NCBI RefSeq assembly: GCF_006345805.1
Contig: NC_043023.1
Span: 8,680,001-8,744,000, forward strand
Length of the DNA stretch: 64,000 bases
Origin: Octopus sinensis
Taxonomy: Eukaryota
Direction of reading: 5' to 3'
The notes under the pieces were generated by a model. It was not told where the DNA came from and ran no database searches. It saw only the letters and a list, made by a program, of their open reading frames with translations. This document shows positions 11,730-32,497 of the stretch, in pieces. Every line of letters begins with the position of its first letter. Position 1 is the first letter of the stretch. The translations under genes were made by a program, and so were the position numbers.

Positions 11730-12465
11730 AGGATATGGGCGGTTCCCATTAGCGCTATCTTTTGAGTTGCTGCCATTTTGGGGTTTGCTAGTATCTGAGA
11801 TAGGTATGATTCAGGCCTTTTGCTATAATTCCTCGGGCAACTATGACAACAGGCATTGTTTTACTTCCACAGTTTGCTAATTTCTCTTTCAAGATCTTTA
11901 CACTTGCTCAGTTTTGTAGGTTTTGATCGATACTTTTATGTCGATTGGGACACTTTTAAATGAGTCGGCATGGTTTTTTCCTGTAGTTTTTCTATATAAT
12001 GTCTGGTCTATTCGCATCTATCTTTCTGTCACTTTGAATAGCGAAGTTCGAGAGGATAAGATGCGATCATCTTCAAGAACTGGAGTGTGTTCGTGTCCCC
12101 AACAGATTGAATCATGTGGCACGTCCATGGTTTTGCAAATTAACCAGTGAATATGATGTGCTGCTGAATCATGCCTGTTGAGATATTCTGTATGCACAAC
12201 AAGACTGCACATGGAGACAACATGATCAATGGTTTCATTTTGTTGTTTACATACAAGACATGCTGGGAGACTGCCGTTCTTTAATATGGTAGTTTCTTGT
12301 AGGTAGACCTTGATCTTGAGCTGCTATATTAAATCCGTCTGTGTCTGATTTTCAGCTAGAAGACACTAACCATTGATGGGTAATGGCTTTGTCCACATCG
12401 GTACCATTAGCTCTCTTAGGGTATTTGCCATTGAGATGTTTTCTTTGTCATTTATCTGTAAGAAT
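11730..12465 (-). mobile_element. R4/Dong-like RLE non-LTR retrotransposon, C-terminal region (continues at 13251-13790)
   Basis: DHVVSMCSLVVHTEYLNRHDSAAHHIHWLICK...HTPVLEDDRIL, the CCHC to RH-x-x-VA to RLE layout of R4/Dong elements. Confidence 0.75.
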
Positions 12466-13250
12466 TTTCGAAAACAAATTTCGTTATTACCGATCGATCC
12501 CAATTTCTGAGTTAATTCATTTAGAATTTTCTCGTCATCAGCGATAAATACGATAAGAGAATTCTCCAAGAGAATTTCCAGTCCGTTCACACGTGCCTCG
12601 AGGTATGCTGCGGAATTTCTAGTTTGGATATATTTGGGGTACTTAATTGTGCTCATGACTTAGTGTTTACTTCTTCCATAGGTACAAGTAAGTATCTCAT
12701 TTATTTTCTTATCGTATTTATCGCTGATGACGAGAAAATTCTAAATGAATTAACTCACAATTGGGGATCGATCCGATAATAACGAAATTTTTTTGGAAAT
12801 TTCTATCAGCTTGCTTTAGAGACGCGTGCTTATAGTGATAAATTATATGGTTATTGATGTATAACCGTATCAATAAATAATTCAATAAGTAACAGCGTGA
12901 AATCTTTTCAATCATACAAAAATTATAATCTCTACCGTCTTCGGTAGTATGATATGAAAGCAAAACTTTAATGACCACAGTAGTGCAATCAGTCAATGTA
13001 TAGGAGGATAAAACACTAACTTCCACAGCTTACCTCGACACAGGTGTAATCGGACTGAAAGTTCTCATTGGGTGGGAGAGTCCGGAAGTGAATAGTATTA
13101 AATTTACATCTAATATAGGATAAAATTTTCGAAAAATGTTCTCAATGGCCAGTACATTAAAAAAATCCCTTTAAGGTTAAATTTACAAACAACTTATAAA
13201 CAAGAACAAAAGAAAAATAATCCAATGCCAAATATGCCGAAATAGACTTA
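12466..13250. other. Two-part templated insertion copied from elsewhere in the unit, interrupting the R4/Dong fragment
   Basis: 12466-12857 corresponds to unit 8447-8838. 12858-13250 corresponds to unit 7716-8390, with a deletion and without the CR1 insert. R4 sequence resumes at GTCAGATTC. Confidence 0.85.
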
Positions 13251-13790
13251 GTCAGATTCTTTGCATGTACTTTCATTCGCTTAGTTTTTTCTGATCTTGT
13301 TTCTAGTGCATCTAACTCTGGGATTTGGTGTTTTTGGAATTCACTTAGATATTCCTTTGCATGATTTGTTATTTTGTATGACGCTTTCTTGTTTTCGTGC
13401 TTTGAGACAAGTTTTAACATCCAGTCATGAGAGTTGTTTTGGTAGGTGTTTCGGTCAATTGTGGCACTCTCCATTGTTAATTCCAATTGTAAATGTTACG
13501 GCCACCCTCTTTTCTTGGCAGGTAAAATCGTTCTACATTTGCCTTGGTGTGGTGCATTCTATGCATTGTCAACGATTTTCGTATTTTTCTGTCAAGATTA
13601 CATATTTCAATAATTGACCAGTTAATGATATTGAAACTGTAAGTCACGCCTGGTATAGCAAAAGTACTGATCACTTCGATCCTGTTTCTTGCATTCAGCT
13701 CTGTCTTGAATATTGCTTTTATCCTGCGATAATATTCTATTCTGATCCTTTCCCTCATTACTGAATATTTGATCATGTCCACTTCAAATA
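13251..13790 (-). mobile_element. R4/Dong-like non-LTR fragment (RT thumb region)
   Basis: EYYRRIKAIFKTELNARNRIEVISTFAIPGVTYSFNIINW...LDRKIRKSLTMHRMHHTKANVERFYLPRKEGGR. Confidence 0.85.
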
Positions 13791-13908
13791 GTATGAATGA
13801 AGGATTTGGGTTCTATTATTCACAATTTCTAGCCAGAGTTCGGTGTCTAGTACTGGTAGTCTATGGTTGGGGTGTTTAGTTGGGTAGTCTATTGTGACAT
13901 TAATACTC
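13791..13908 (-). mobile_element. Inverted Penelope RT fragment at the 5' end of Penelope element 2
   Basis: Minus strand reads SINVTIDYPTKHPNHRLPVLDTELWLEIVNNRTQILHSY, resembling the Penelope RT thumb (LP-x-LD region). It directly abuts the plus-strand GIY-YIG. Confidence 0.7.
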
Positions 13909-14367
13909 TGGTGGATGGAGTTAGCTATTTGCAACCCTATCAAATCTATAATTGGTAGAAACTATCCTTTTAGTAGAACCCCCTGTACGGATAAGTACTG
14001 TACTGTATGTAGATTTAGCCCACAAACAAACTGTAAAGCCAGAAATGTAGTCTATAGTATAAGATGTATAGAGGGACGATGCAGTAACAAGACAACGACA
14101 TACGTACGGGAAACGGCAAGAAGCCTAGGAGAGCGGGTAAATGAGCATTGGAGACAACTCAAGGAAGGTAAAAGCTCATCGATTCTGTACCAACACGCCG
14201 AACAAGAGCACGGGGGATCAATCAATAACATAGAAATTAAAATATTATCCACACATAGATCAAATGCAACAATTAGACAAATTATAGAAGCTACACACAT
14301 AATAGAAAATAAACCTAGCCTGAATAGAAAACTAGAATGGAGCACTAACACACACCACAACATATGA
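13909..14367 (+). mobile_element. Penelope-like element 2: Zn-finger linker plus GIY-YIG endonuclease
   Basis: C-x4-C-x2-C...C-x4-VVYSIRC...TYVRETARSLGERVNEH...LYQHAEQEH...RQIIEATHIIENKPSLN. The YIG motif has decayed to YVR. Confidence 0.88.
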
Positions 14368-14646
14368 CAATAGAGGATCCTGAAAACATAATAAATACAC
14401 ACATAAATAAACAAATAGAAATAAATACCTATATATATATATATGTATGTATATATATGTATATATATATATATGTGTATATATATATGTATATATATAT
14501 ATATATATGTATATGTATGTATATGTATATATATGTATATATATATGTATATATATATGTGTGTAGATATTTAAAAAAAATTTTCTTTTTAATTTTTAAT
14601 TTTTAATTTTTTAATTTTTTTAATTTTTTAATTTTTTTATTTTTTA

Positions 14647-14687
<41 letters not shown>

Positions 14688-14995
14688 ATTCGATTTATTA
14701 TTATTATTACTAGTATTGTTGTTATACATACAAGCATATGTAATGATAATAATAAGTGGATGTAAACACATGAACAAAATAAGAATAAACAAAAACAACA
14801 AAAACAAAATACAAATTACATGAACATATATAAACAGAAGATACAAATATTACAGGCATCCCCCCACATACACACACTAAATAAACATAAACGCACATAG
14901 AGATATAAGCATGCGCAAATGAAGACATACGATAAAAATACAAAATGGCTGACGGTTAGTAAGGAGAGACACAAATAAGAAAGAAGAAAACAAAG

Positions 14996-15039
14996 GACAA
15001 CTGATGCGGTCACAGAAGTGTGACGAAAGAACTCTGGTC
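14996..15039 (+). ncRNA. Decayed hammerhead-like motif downstream of Penelope element 2
   Basis: GACAA-CTGATGCG-GTCAC(AGAAGT)GTGAC-GAAA-GAAC-TC-TGGTC. Stem II is perfect, stem I has one mismatch, and the core departs from CUGANGA at position 9. Confidence 0.5.
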
Positions 15040-15226
15040 GAAATAGGATTAAGATTAATGTAAAAAATAAACAACAATGAAGCAAAATAACACCAAATAT
15101 ATAGTGCGTGTGTTTTTATTGGCTAAACTGGCAAAATAACCATTCCGAAATATAACAATATCTGTTTCAACACACGACTTCACATAAAAAATTTTGCACA
15201 ACAAATATTTAAACATATATATATAT

Positions 15227-15726
<500 letters not shown>

Positions 15727-15765
15727 ATATATTCACCCACGTGCTTTCACAAACAAACTTTCTTA

Positions 15766-23107
<7,342 letters not shown>

Positions 23108-24059
23108 GGACTATATATTTATCCACACATTTCAAGCATACATATACATATGACTATACGCGCACTTTTCACAATATACCAAACAGTGGTGTAGAACATA
23201 AAGACTTGTGTAAATACACATCGTAACACACAAACACACTCAACTCACACACACTCACATACATATATATATATAGAGAGAGATAATGTGAGTTAGAGAA
23301 GGGCAAAAGAATGTAAAGAAAGAAAGATAGAAAGATATCAAATTTGAGGAAATATATACTCAGGAATATAGTATGAACAAGACTGGTTCAACTTACAAAA
23401 ATTCTAAGCTCGGACGATTTGCAAACGATCCATTTTCAATTTTCCCTATTGCATTATTGGATAGATATCTGAAAGATAATTCATGAAGAAAAAACATAGA
23501 AGTGATTAGTCATATATTTCAAATATTATGTCCAATGAATTCGCTGCAGAAATAGAAGAAAAATAAGTAGAAGTGAGACAATTTGGTGAAGACGATTATG
23601 AAAATGATAAGTGAAAATAATAATGAAGATGTATGGCGTAGTGATGATGAAAGAGATAATTATTATGATGAGGGCATTGACGGTGACGGATTTGGTAGTG
23701 ATGAGGTTGTTTCGGTCTGATGGCATTGAGCCTGTGGTTCTAGATTATGACTGATAAGAATGATGATGATGGTGATGATGACGATGATCATAATGACGAT
23801 GATGGTGACGACCACTACGAGGACGCAGACGATGATTATGATGACAATATTTACTGATGGTTCTCTTAATATTTGGAACGATGATGAGGAGGAGGATGAC
23901 GCTGATATACAAGGTTGAAACTATAACAAAAGAGAAGGATGAGAATAGGAATAAAATTAACGACGAGCAGTTATTGATAAATGAGATAAAAAGGGTAAAG
24001 AAAACTAAACTAGAACTGGAGACATGTATATATCTATCTATCCATTTATCTATCTATTC

Positions 24060-24134
<75 letters not shown>

Positions 24135-24139
24135 CATCC

Positions 24140-24174
<35 letters not shown>

Positions 24175-25001
24175 ACTTTATCAATATATCTATCAATCGC
24201 CAAACAGATACGTAAACACATACACACATGTACCAATGTATACATGTATATATTTATATGTGTGTATGTATATATATATGTGTGTGTGTGTTTGTAACAC
24301 GTTTATACATATCCTTTTTTCAGTAATTTGACAATGGCCATGCTAGAGCCTTTATTCGAACCAATCGAGCCCAGCATTTATTTGTTGAAAGACTAGCACT
24401 TATTCTCTCGGTGACTTTTGCCGAACCACTAAGTTACAGGGTGTGTAACACCAACATTGGTTATTAGGTGATCTTGAGGGAACACAAATATATACATAAA
24501 TCTGTATATATTTGTGTGTCTGTGCTTGTGCTAGTACTAGCACTAACCACTTTCCAACACCCAGACCACAAAACATCATCTACACACCCATACACAATCA
24601 TCCGCACACCCACACACTACAGACGCACACAGCTACGCATGCATACATCCACACATCATAGTCATTAGCCCCTATCAACACACACACTTAAACATTCTTA
24701 CATACATATCCGCACGCACACCATTGTTTTGGGATCTCCACTTGTTTATTATCTGCCCGACTCTCTATCTCTCCCCTCAAGCTATGTTTTTCCTAACCAG
24801 TTGCCATCCTTGATCCCTAAATCGACAAGATTTTTAATCACTTTTTGTTCATGTCCTCCTTTCTCTTTCTGTTGGGGAGCATAGGCTCGAAAGTAAAAGA
24901 ATTTCTCAATTTCCCGAGCGTTGAATCTAACACCTGTTTTCGACTTTTATTTTTCCGTAAATTTAATCTACAGACACGCAAACACGCAAACACACACAGA
25001 C

Positions 25002-25074
<73 letters not shown>

Positions 25075-26225
25075 CACACACACACATCTTAAAAGGATGT
25101 GTGTTATAATACTATTCCACAACCATAGCAACAATCCATCTTACCTGTATCATCAGCTACACCACGGTTACCATTACGGTTTCGAAACCTGGTCGCTACC
25201 CTTCAATCCAGCGTTGTGAACAGCACTAAAATAAGTGTTGTTTGGGAACAAAGAAATCAAAACACCACAAATTTCAATCACATTTACCCTATGTATAACC
25301 GTATCAATAAATAAATTCAATAAGTAAATTAAAACTCCTAAATACGTAACTAAACAGCGTGAAATCTTTTAAATCATACAAAAATTATAATCTCTACCGT
25401 CTTCCGTAGTATGATTTGAAAGTAAAACCTTAATGACCACAATAGGGCAATCAGTCAATATATAGGAGGATAAAACACTAACTTCCACAGCATACCTCGA
25501 GACAGGTGTGATCGGACTGAAAGTTCTCATAGAGTAAGAGAGTCCGGAAGTGAATAGTATTAAATTTACATCTAGTATAGGATAAAACTTTCGAAAAAAT
25601 GTTATCAACGGCCAGCACGTTAAAGAAATGCCTTTAAAGGTTAAATTTACAAACAACATATAAACAAGGACAAAAGAAAAATAATCCAATGCCGGAATAG
25701 ACTTAATCGTCAATAACCATTTATTTATCACTATAAGCTCGCGTCTCGAAAACAAGCCGATAGAATTTTTGGAAACAAATTTCGTCATTATCGGATCGAT
25801 CCCCATTTCTGAGTTAATTCATTTACAATTTCCTCGTTATCAGCGATAAATACGATAAGAGAATTCTCTAAGATAATTTTCAGTCCGTTCACACGTGTCT
25901 CGAGGTATGCTGCGGAATTTCTATTTTGGATATATTCGGGGTATTTAAGTGTGCTCATGACTTAGTGTTTACTTCTTCCATAGGTACAAGTAAGTATCTC
26001 ATTTATTTTCTTATCGTATTTATCGCTGATGACGAGAAAATTTTAAATGAATTAACTCAGAAATGGGGATCGATCCGATAATAAAGAAATGTTTTTAGAA
26101 ATTTCTATCTGCTTGCTTTCGAGACGGGTGCTTATAGTGATAAATTATATAGGTTATTGACGATTAAGTCTATTTCGGCATATTTGGCATTGAATTCTTT
26201 TTCTTTTGCCCTTGTTTATAAGTCG

Positions 26226-26256
<31 letters not shown>

Positions 26257-28155
26257 CATGCTTGTGTGTCCATTTTTCCTGCTAACCTTGAGTCTTTTTA
26301 TCACTACCTCTTTATTTATTTATAAATAAATTTAGATATTTTCCCCTCCGTTGAAATGCAAAACTCTATATAACACGGAATTCCAACTATAAATTTTGTT
26401 GCATTTAAACCGTTCTTTAAATGCACTTCGTTTAAACTAAGTATAGAGTATTATGATTTCGTTAGTTTTAATATTAACATTGATATTCATGAAATCTACG
26501 TCCCATGTAAATTTAAATTGAACTTGATTAAAATTTTTAATTATGTTGCAGCATAAATTCCAATTTCTGTTTGTTTAACCGTGAAAACAGCTATAAAGAA
26601 TCAATAAGAATTAGGAAGGTAATAACTTTTCCATATGAACGAGAAGAAATATATGTGAATTTATAGATAAGTAAATGAAGAGGTAGGGAAAAAGATTTAA
26701 GCTCAGGAACACAGATACACACACACACAAATATGAATTATATACATATAAATTTATATATATTTCTACACAGAAACACACTCTAGAGAGAATAAAGGGG
26801 CTACCCAACACACTGCAAGTGGCGCTGCCGCCTCTTGTCCGCTTCTCCAACGGTAAACACAAGGATTGTTTTCATTTTTGCATGCTTTAATGACAATGTC
26901 CGACATATGGGCGAATGAGCGTAGGTGCAACGTGGCAACGGAAAACAATTTGGTGTTGATGAATCAGGTGAGATGCGTTCTCTTCGATTCTAAGCAGATA
27001 TTTGCGGCCTTTAGGGAACACTACATGCATCAGTTTGTGGAGGTTAGTGGTCCATTGACTATGATGGTCTTAACCGTCTACGTAGACGGCTTGCGGCAAC
27101 ACTCGAATGAAACTACGGCGTTCTACAAATGGTGGAAAATCGTTGCGGTATTCGAGATGCCGGGTTAGATGTCGCCATAGCTTGAGGATCAGCCTTACGC
27201 AGTTTAAAATTATTTGCCATAAATAGCAGTGAGTGCAATGGCAGGTGTCTACAACAAAAGGAAGAAGAACGAGATGATTCTTAGCCCTGATAAAAGGTGG
27301 GGGTCACGGCAATGTTGAGAAAGAACTCGAAAAAAATGTATTTGATAATAATTTGAGACCCGTAATTAGGCTAAATGCCGACGATTCCATATCAAAATCA
27401 TCTAAGCACAACAGGTTCCTGCTTGCACAGTACATCACAGACAGAATGAGTAGCAAATGCGTTTCCAATGAAATCCTAATTTTGTGGTAGTAAAATGCCA
27501 ACTGTTGGCGCCTGCACTGAAGGAAGCCGGATTCGGTCCTGTTTCCAGAGGCTGGATCGCAGTAACCCACAACAAATTTTGCTTGTTGGAACCATTCAAA
27601 TGAACTGGAACTAAGAAGACCTGGCGAACAGGCTATAAGCAGAGAGGTAGTGTGGTGGAGAATACAGAACGGTTGAAGAGAGAGGGATAAGACGATCAAA
27701 CTCACATCGAAGCCTTAAAATTCCATTTAAAATGACGGTGAGGGTGGAGTGAGAGAGAAATCCACACCACCCAAGTAAATGTAGTGAAAAGTGGGGAAAT
27801 ACTAAACTGCATCTGTAAGCTGAGTAATACCGAGGAAGATGGAGTACTTGTAGTCGTAGTCTTGACCTAACTTTCTTTACAGCATCTTCCATAATTGCAT
27901 GGACGATCCTAAAATTACTTGAGCAGTTTATGACTGGGAGTCACATGAGATTCAGCCTCGTCAGTCAACGAAGTTGGCCTCAGGAGCAGGTATTCCTCAG
28001 TCAGTAGCGGTCACTTACTATCCATAATCTAGAAGACAGTGAAAAACCTGGGGATTGTATTTAAATTTAACCGGAGTGACACATAATCTAATTGTGAAAG
28101 CAACAAGGATTCTGAAAGGCGACTATCTATAGTGGACACGTGATGTCTCCCGGTA
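23108..28155. repeat. Tandem segmental repeat, copy 3 (truncated inside the old Tx1 relic)
   Basis: Starts GGACTATATATTTATCCACAC as at 5545. Homology ends after GATGTCTCCCGG at ~28155. Confidence 0.93.
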
Positions 28156-28164
28156 ATTAAATAA

Positions 28165-28520
28165 AGTTGTTTATTATCTCCCCGACTCTCTAACTCTCCC
28201 GTCAAGCTATGTCTTTCCTAACCAGTTGCCATCCATGATCCCTAAATCGACAAGATTTTTAATCCCTTTTTGTTCATGTCCTCCTTTCTCTTTCTGTTGG
28301 GGAGCATAGGCTCGAAAGGAAATGAATTTCTCAATTTACCGAGCGTTGAATCTAACAACCATAGCAACAATCCAACATACCTGTATCATCAGCTACCCCA
28401 CGGTTATCATTATGGTTTCGAAACCTGGTCACTACCCTTCAATCCGGCGGTGGGAACAGCACTAAAAGAAGTGTTGTTTGGGAACAAAGAAATAAAAAAC
28501 CCACAAATTTCAATCAATAT
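28165..28520. repeat. Short fourth partial copy of the unit, with an internal deletion
   Basis: Matches 24742-25275. The (CA)n block is deleted at GAATCTAAC/AACCATAGC. Confidence 0.88.
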
Positions 28521-28819
28521 CGAAAACAGTGTGGGAGTAGGAACGTCACCTTTTCAGTCGGAATTTCGTGAGACAATTTTCTGTTTAATACAACCCGGTA
28601 CAACCGCTTAGACATAGAAATTAGATATAAGGCAATATGTACTGAAAAACAGTCTACTTGACTTCATAGCTAGAAATATATCGACTTCCTTTACTACACT
28701 GTAACATGGTGTTTAACGATGTGAAATCAACACCATAAGGTATTTACTTACAACTTAATAAATGAGAATTTAAATCATTGAATGTGGAAAATATGTAAAA
28801 AGAAATGTCCAATACTTAC

Positions 28820-28992
28820 ACACGTCTAACGTTCTGGCCAATATTTTGTGGAACAGAAGTCAAATTGAGATTTGTACAGACTACAATCTCATCTCCAAGA
28901 TAAAAGTTACAAATACCGCAAGACGCCAAAAGAAATCTCATGTACATTATCAACACAAAAGTCAACATAAAATGGTGATTTTGCCGGAACAT
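28820..28992 (-). CDS. First coding exon of a secreted or cell-surface leucine-rich-repeat protein (signal peptide + LRRNT); exon spans 28820-29012
   Basis: Acceptor TTTTACAG at 29013-29020, in-frame TAA upstream, ATG at 28992. Translation: MFRQNHHFMLTFVLIMYMRFLLASCGICNFYLGDEIVVCTNLNLTSVPQNIGQNVRR, then GT|GTAAGT donor (phase 2). V-x-C-x4-LTSVP-x2-I-x3-V matches the LRR N-cap consensus. Below the 60-aa track cutoff. Confidence 0.75.
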
Positions 28993-29259
28993 ATTTTCAT
29001 GTGTAGATTAATCTGTAAAACAAGAAAATACAAAATATCAGACACTCCATTGTTATTTCATTCATTTTGCAAATTCTACGAAGGACAAATATTGCTCCCT
29101 GTTTCATGCGATGAATTTATCCTTGATTTCGCTTACTTTCAAAGTCATAATTTAAAAATAAAGAAAAACTGAATTTCGATCAGTGTGAAGAATATAGTTA
29201 TAGATTATAGTATCCATGAGTGATAATATGAAATAAAAACTGAAGACCTATCACCTTAA

Positions 29260-29306
<47 letters not shown>

Positions 29307-30145
29307 ACACACACACACTCACACACACATACACACACTCGCGAACAGAGATGCCCGCGCGCACACTCGCAAATCATCTGTATATATAAAATCATTTGTC
29401 TCTCTCTTTGTTCCCAACGCATTCACAAACGGCTCAACCAAACCAAATCAAACTCTACATGATAATACTATCAGAACTCGTGAGTGTCAACATGTAAATT
29501 TTTCGCATTAAAACAATGCAACATTGGCACTGATTCCGTATTACGTCTCAAAACTCGAAGAATAAAAGTGAAAGAATAACATCTATATTATAATGTGATA
29601 TATTGTTTCACTTCCATATTCTTGCTTTTAACTCTAACCACGACGACGACGACATCACCTTTCGCATATGATTGTGTAATTGTCTGTGAATGTATGAGTC
29701 TAAGTGTTTGAATGTTTATATGTCTCACAGTGTGTGTTTGTGCCATTCTGCGTGAGTTAGGTTATTAAACATACTATACGTGTGTGAGGGCTGATCAATG
29801 TCAATGCCAGTTCCATTACCAGTTAATAACAATCGCAGCATTTGTAAGGTTGCAAGCTATTTGCAATTACTTATTTACTCTTACATTAAGACATTTATCC
29901 TATATCTATATACTTCTTTGTGTATCTGTAATATTTGTTGTAGTATTTACCGTTAAATTAGCATTTCTATACATGTGCTTTTATTTCGTTAATTTGCTTA
30001 TATTTCGTCAACTTACACTGCATTCAAAATATAGACATAGTATATACATACATACAACGCAGTAAGCCAATATGCCTTATTTTTAAAGTAATTCATTATT
30101 ACATATTCTCGTGTGATTGCATCGGCTCACTTTATGCTTCTTATT

Positions 30146-30481
30146 CTAAAGCCACACCAGCAATCCAATCTCAACACTTCGCCTTCTGCAACGTTTCAAT
30201 AGTTCGCTTCCCCGTTGCTGTCTCCCACTGCAGCCCATTTCCGGGAAGTACACATTTACATACAATATCTCCATTATAACTCCATTCGTTTTACTGTCAA
30301 CCATACGATCGGTCGTATTAGACGGAGCGCTGATCGTCTCAAAGGGGAGTATATCCACTGACACCTTTTCGGTGGGTTCAATAATTACATACACACCTAC
30401 TCCCAATTTTCCATTGTAGGTTAGGGCCTGGAATCCTCCAAACGGACGTATAACATGTCGCTTAGTCGAGTTAAACCCCAC
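30146..30481 (-). other. Unassigned 111-codon non-repetitive open frame
   Basis: Complex, GC-elevated sequence in AT-rich surroundings (GFNSTKRHVIRPFGGFQALTYNGKLGVGVYVIIEP...). No ATG and no family recognised. Confidence 0.25.
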
Positions 30482-30549
30482 ATGCTTTGTCGTCTATGCT
30501 GCCCTCTGTAGTATCATCTCTTTAAAAAAAACTGTAACATATATATATA

Positions 30550-31731
30550 TCTTTATATATATAAAACTGAGAATGTATGTCTGTCTGCCTGTGTGTTTCC
30601 CTAAAACTTGAGAACTACACAACGAATTTCATTCAAATTTTATACATGCCTTACTTAGGGTCCGGGGAGTGTCATGGGCAAAAAGAATTTTTAACTTTTT
30701 GCCTAGGGCGAGCCCACAGCAATATCTAATCTTCTCCACTACGATTCCTAAAACTTGAGAACTACACAACCAATTCCATTCAAATTTTACACATGCCTTA
30801 CTTAGGGTCCATGTAGTTTCATGGGCAAAAAAAGTTCAACTTCTTGCCTAGAGCGAGCCCATAGCAATATCATATCTTCTCCACTATTTCAGTATTACGT
30901 GTTAAAAGTGAAACAAAAACATTTCTCTATTTTATGTCAGATACTTTCACTTCAACAATAAAAATGATAATAACAATTGAATTATATGTAGTAAGTAATA
31001 ATTAAAACCAAACTAAAGTATAATATAATCGTAACATAAAAAAAAGTAAAAATAGCAATTGGTATAAAATTGCATCAATGACTTGAACTTGAATAAGTGG
31101 TTTCACATGAATGGGAATAAATTAAAAATAAAATTAGTGTGCAGAAATGGAATAGTCCAGATGGATAATAAAAAATTAAATTAAAGAAAAGACTATTGTT
31201 TATAAAGTATACAATGTAGAGAAAAAAGAAGATTTGAACACATGGAGGAAAGCACCTTCGAAAAGTGTGTTGGTGCGACTATGAAAGGTATCCAATTAGA
31301 GGCGGTAAATTCGCAACAATAGAAGCAAGGTTCGAGTCAACGGAGTGTGCAAGGGAGTACTCGACTCGAACTTGCAAAGTGGAAATATTTTAATTTTACC
31401 TTTATATCTGGGGCGTAGGACGTCCCGGAAAAAAATTTAAAACGCCCCCCCCTCCCAGAAGTAGAGGTAGGCTGGATTGTAGCCACACTTCTATACAAGA
31501 GGGAGGACAAGATACAATTGATCGAAATTACAAGAGACGGGCTAACAATTCCAGTCTGTTATGTATTTTGAGTATTGTTATCACTAGCGATATCAAGATA
31601 TAACTTTGTATGTTGTATTTTATGTGTAGATGTACATATATATAGATGTACATGTAATATGTACATATATATATACACATATATACATGCACTATCACTA
31701 TGACCCGGCAACGACCGGTCTTCAATGCTAG
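30550..31731 (+). mobile_element. Non-autonomous Helitron
   Basis: Starts A|TC-TTTATATATATAAAACTG and ends hairpin GACCCGGCAACGACCGGTC + TTCAATG-CTAG|T. Internal ~140-bp duplication (30601-30735 / 30748-30885). Confidence 0.8.
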
Positions 31732-31750
31732 TATATATATATATATATAT

Positions 31751-32497
31751 AATTAAAAATGAGGGTGTCTAAAAGACACCAACATGCCGAAATAGCAGTC
31801 GAAACACTGACTATAGTACCACGTTAAATGTTCATATCGCACCATGAGGTAAAGCGGAGGGACAAAACATACAAGCAAAAATTATTGAATAATTCAAGAT
31901 CCAATGATTTCTGGTTCTGCTTTAGATAAGCTTTACCGTCATCAATTGAATATATCAAGGGTACATAAATACAGATATATATATGCACAGCAAACGATAT
32001 ACTTACATATACGAGCGTCGTACATACATACATATGCACGTATGGACACAGCCAGTTTGAATCGCCCGCCAAATCACCGCATAAGTACGACATGGTTAAA
32101 ATAAGCACTGCAGTGAATATAATAACGAATTATATAAATTTATATATGAGGATAATATCGATATTTAAGTGTCGAAATTATCAAGTGGCCAGCATGAAAG
32201 AAATACCTTACAAAGGTAAAAAATTTTTAACAATTAAAAATGAGGGTGTCTAAAAAGCTTATCTAAAGCAGAATTTTTGCTTGTATGTTTTGTCCCTCCG
32301 CTTTACCTCATGGTGCGATATGAACATTTAACGTGGTACTATAGTCAGTGTTTCGACTGCTATTTCGGCATGTTGGTGTCTTTTAGACACCCTCATTTTT
32401 AATTGTTAAAAATTTTTTTACCTTTGTAAGGTATTTCTTTCATGCTGGCCACTTGATAATTTCGACACTTAAATATCGATATTATCCTCATATATAA

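Larger units (their letters stand above)
5545..12465. repeat. ~7.4-kb tandem segmental repeat, copy 1
   Basis: Collinear markers at 5725/15885/23290, 6462/16597/24010, 8538/18470/25857, 9606/19532/26936 and 10747/20675/28078. Roughly 90-95% identity by eye. Confidence 0.95.

Noticed and set aside
28270-28611. 113-aa track ORF as a gene
   Set aside because: A chance fusion across the deleted partial repeat copy and unique flank.
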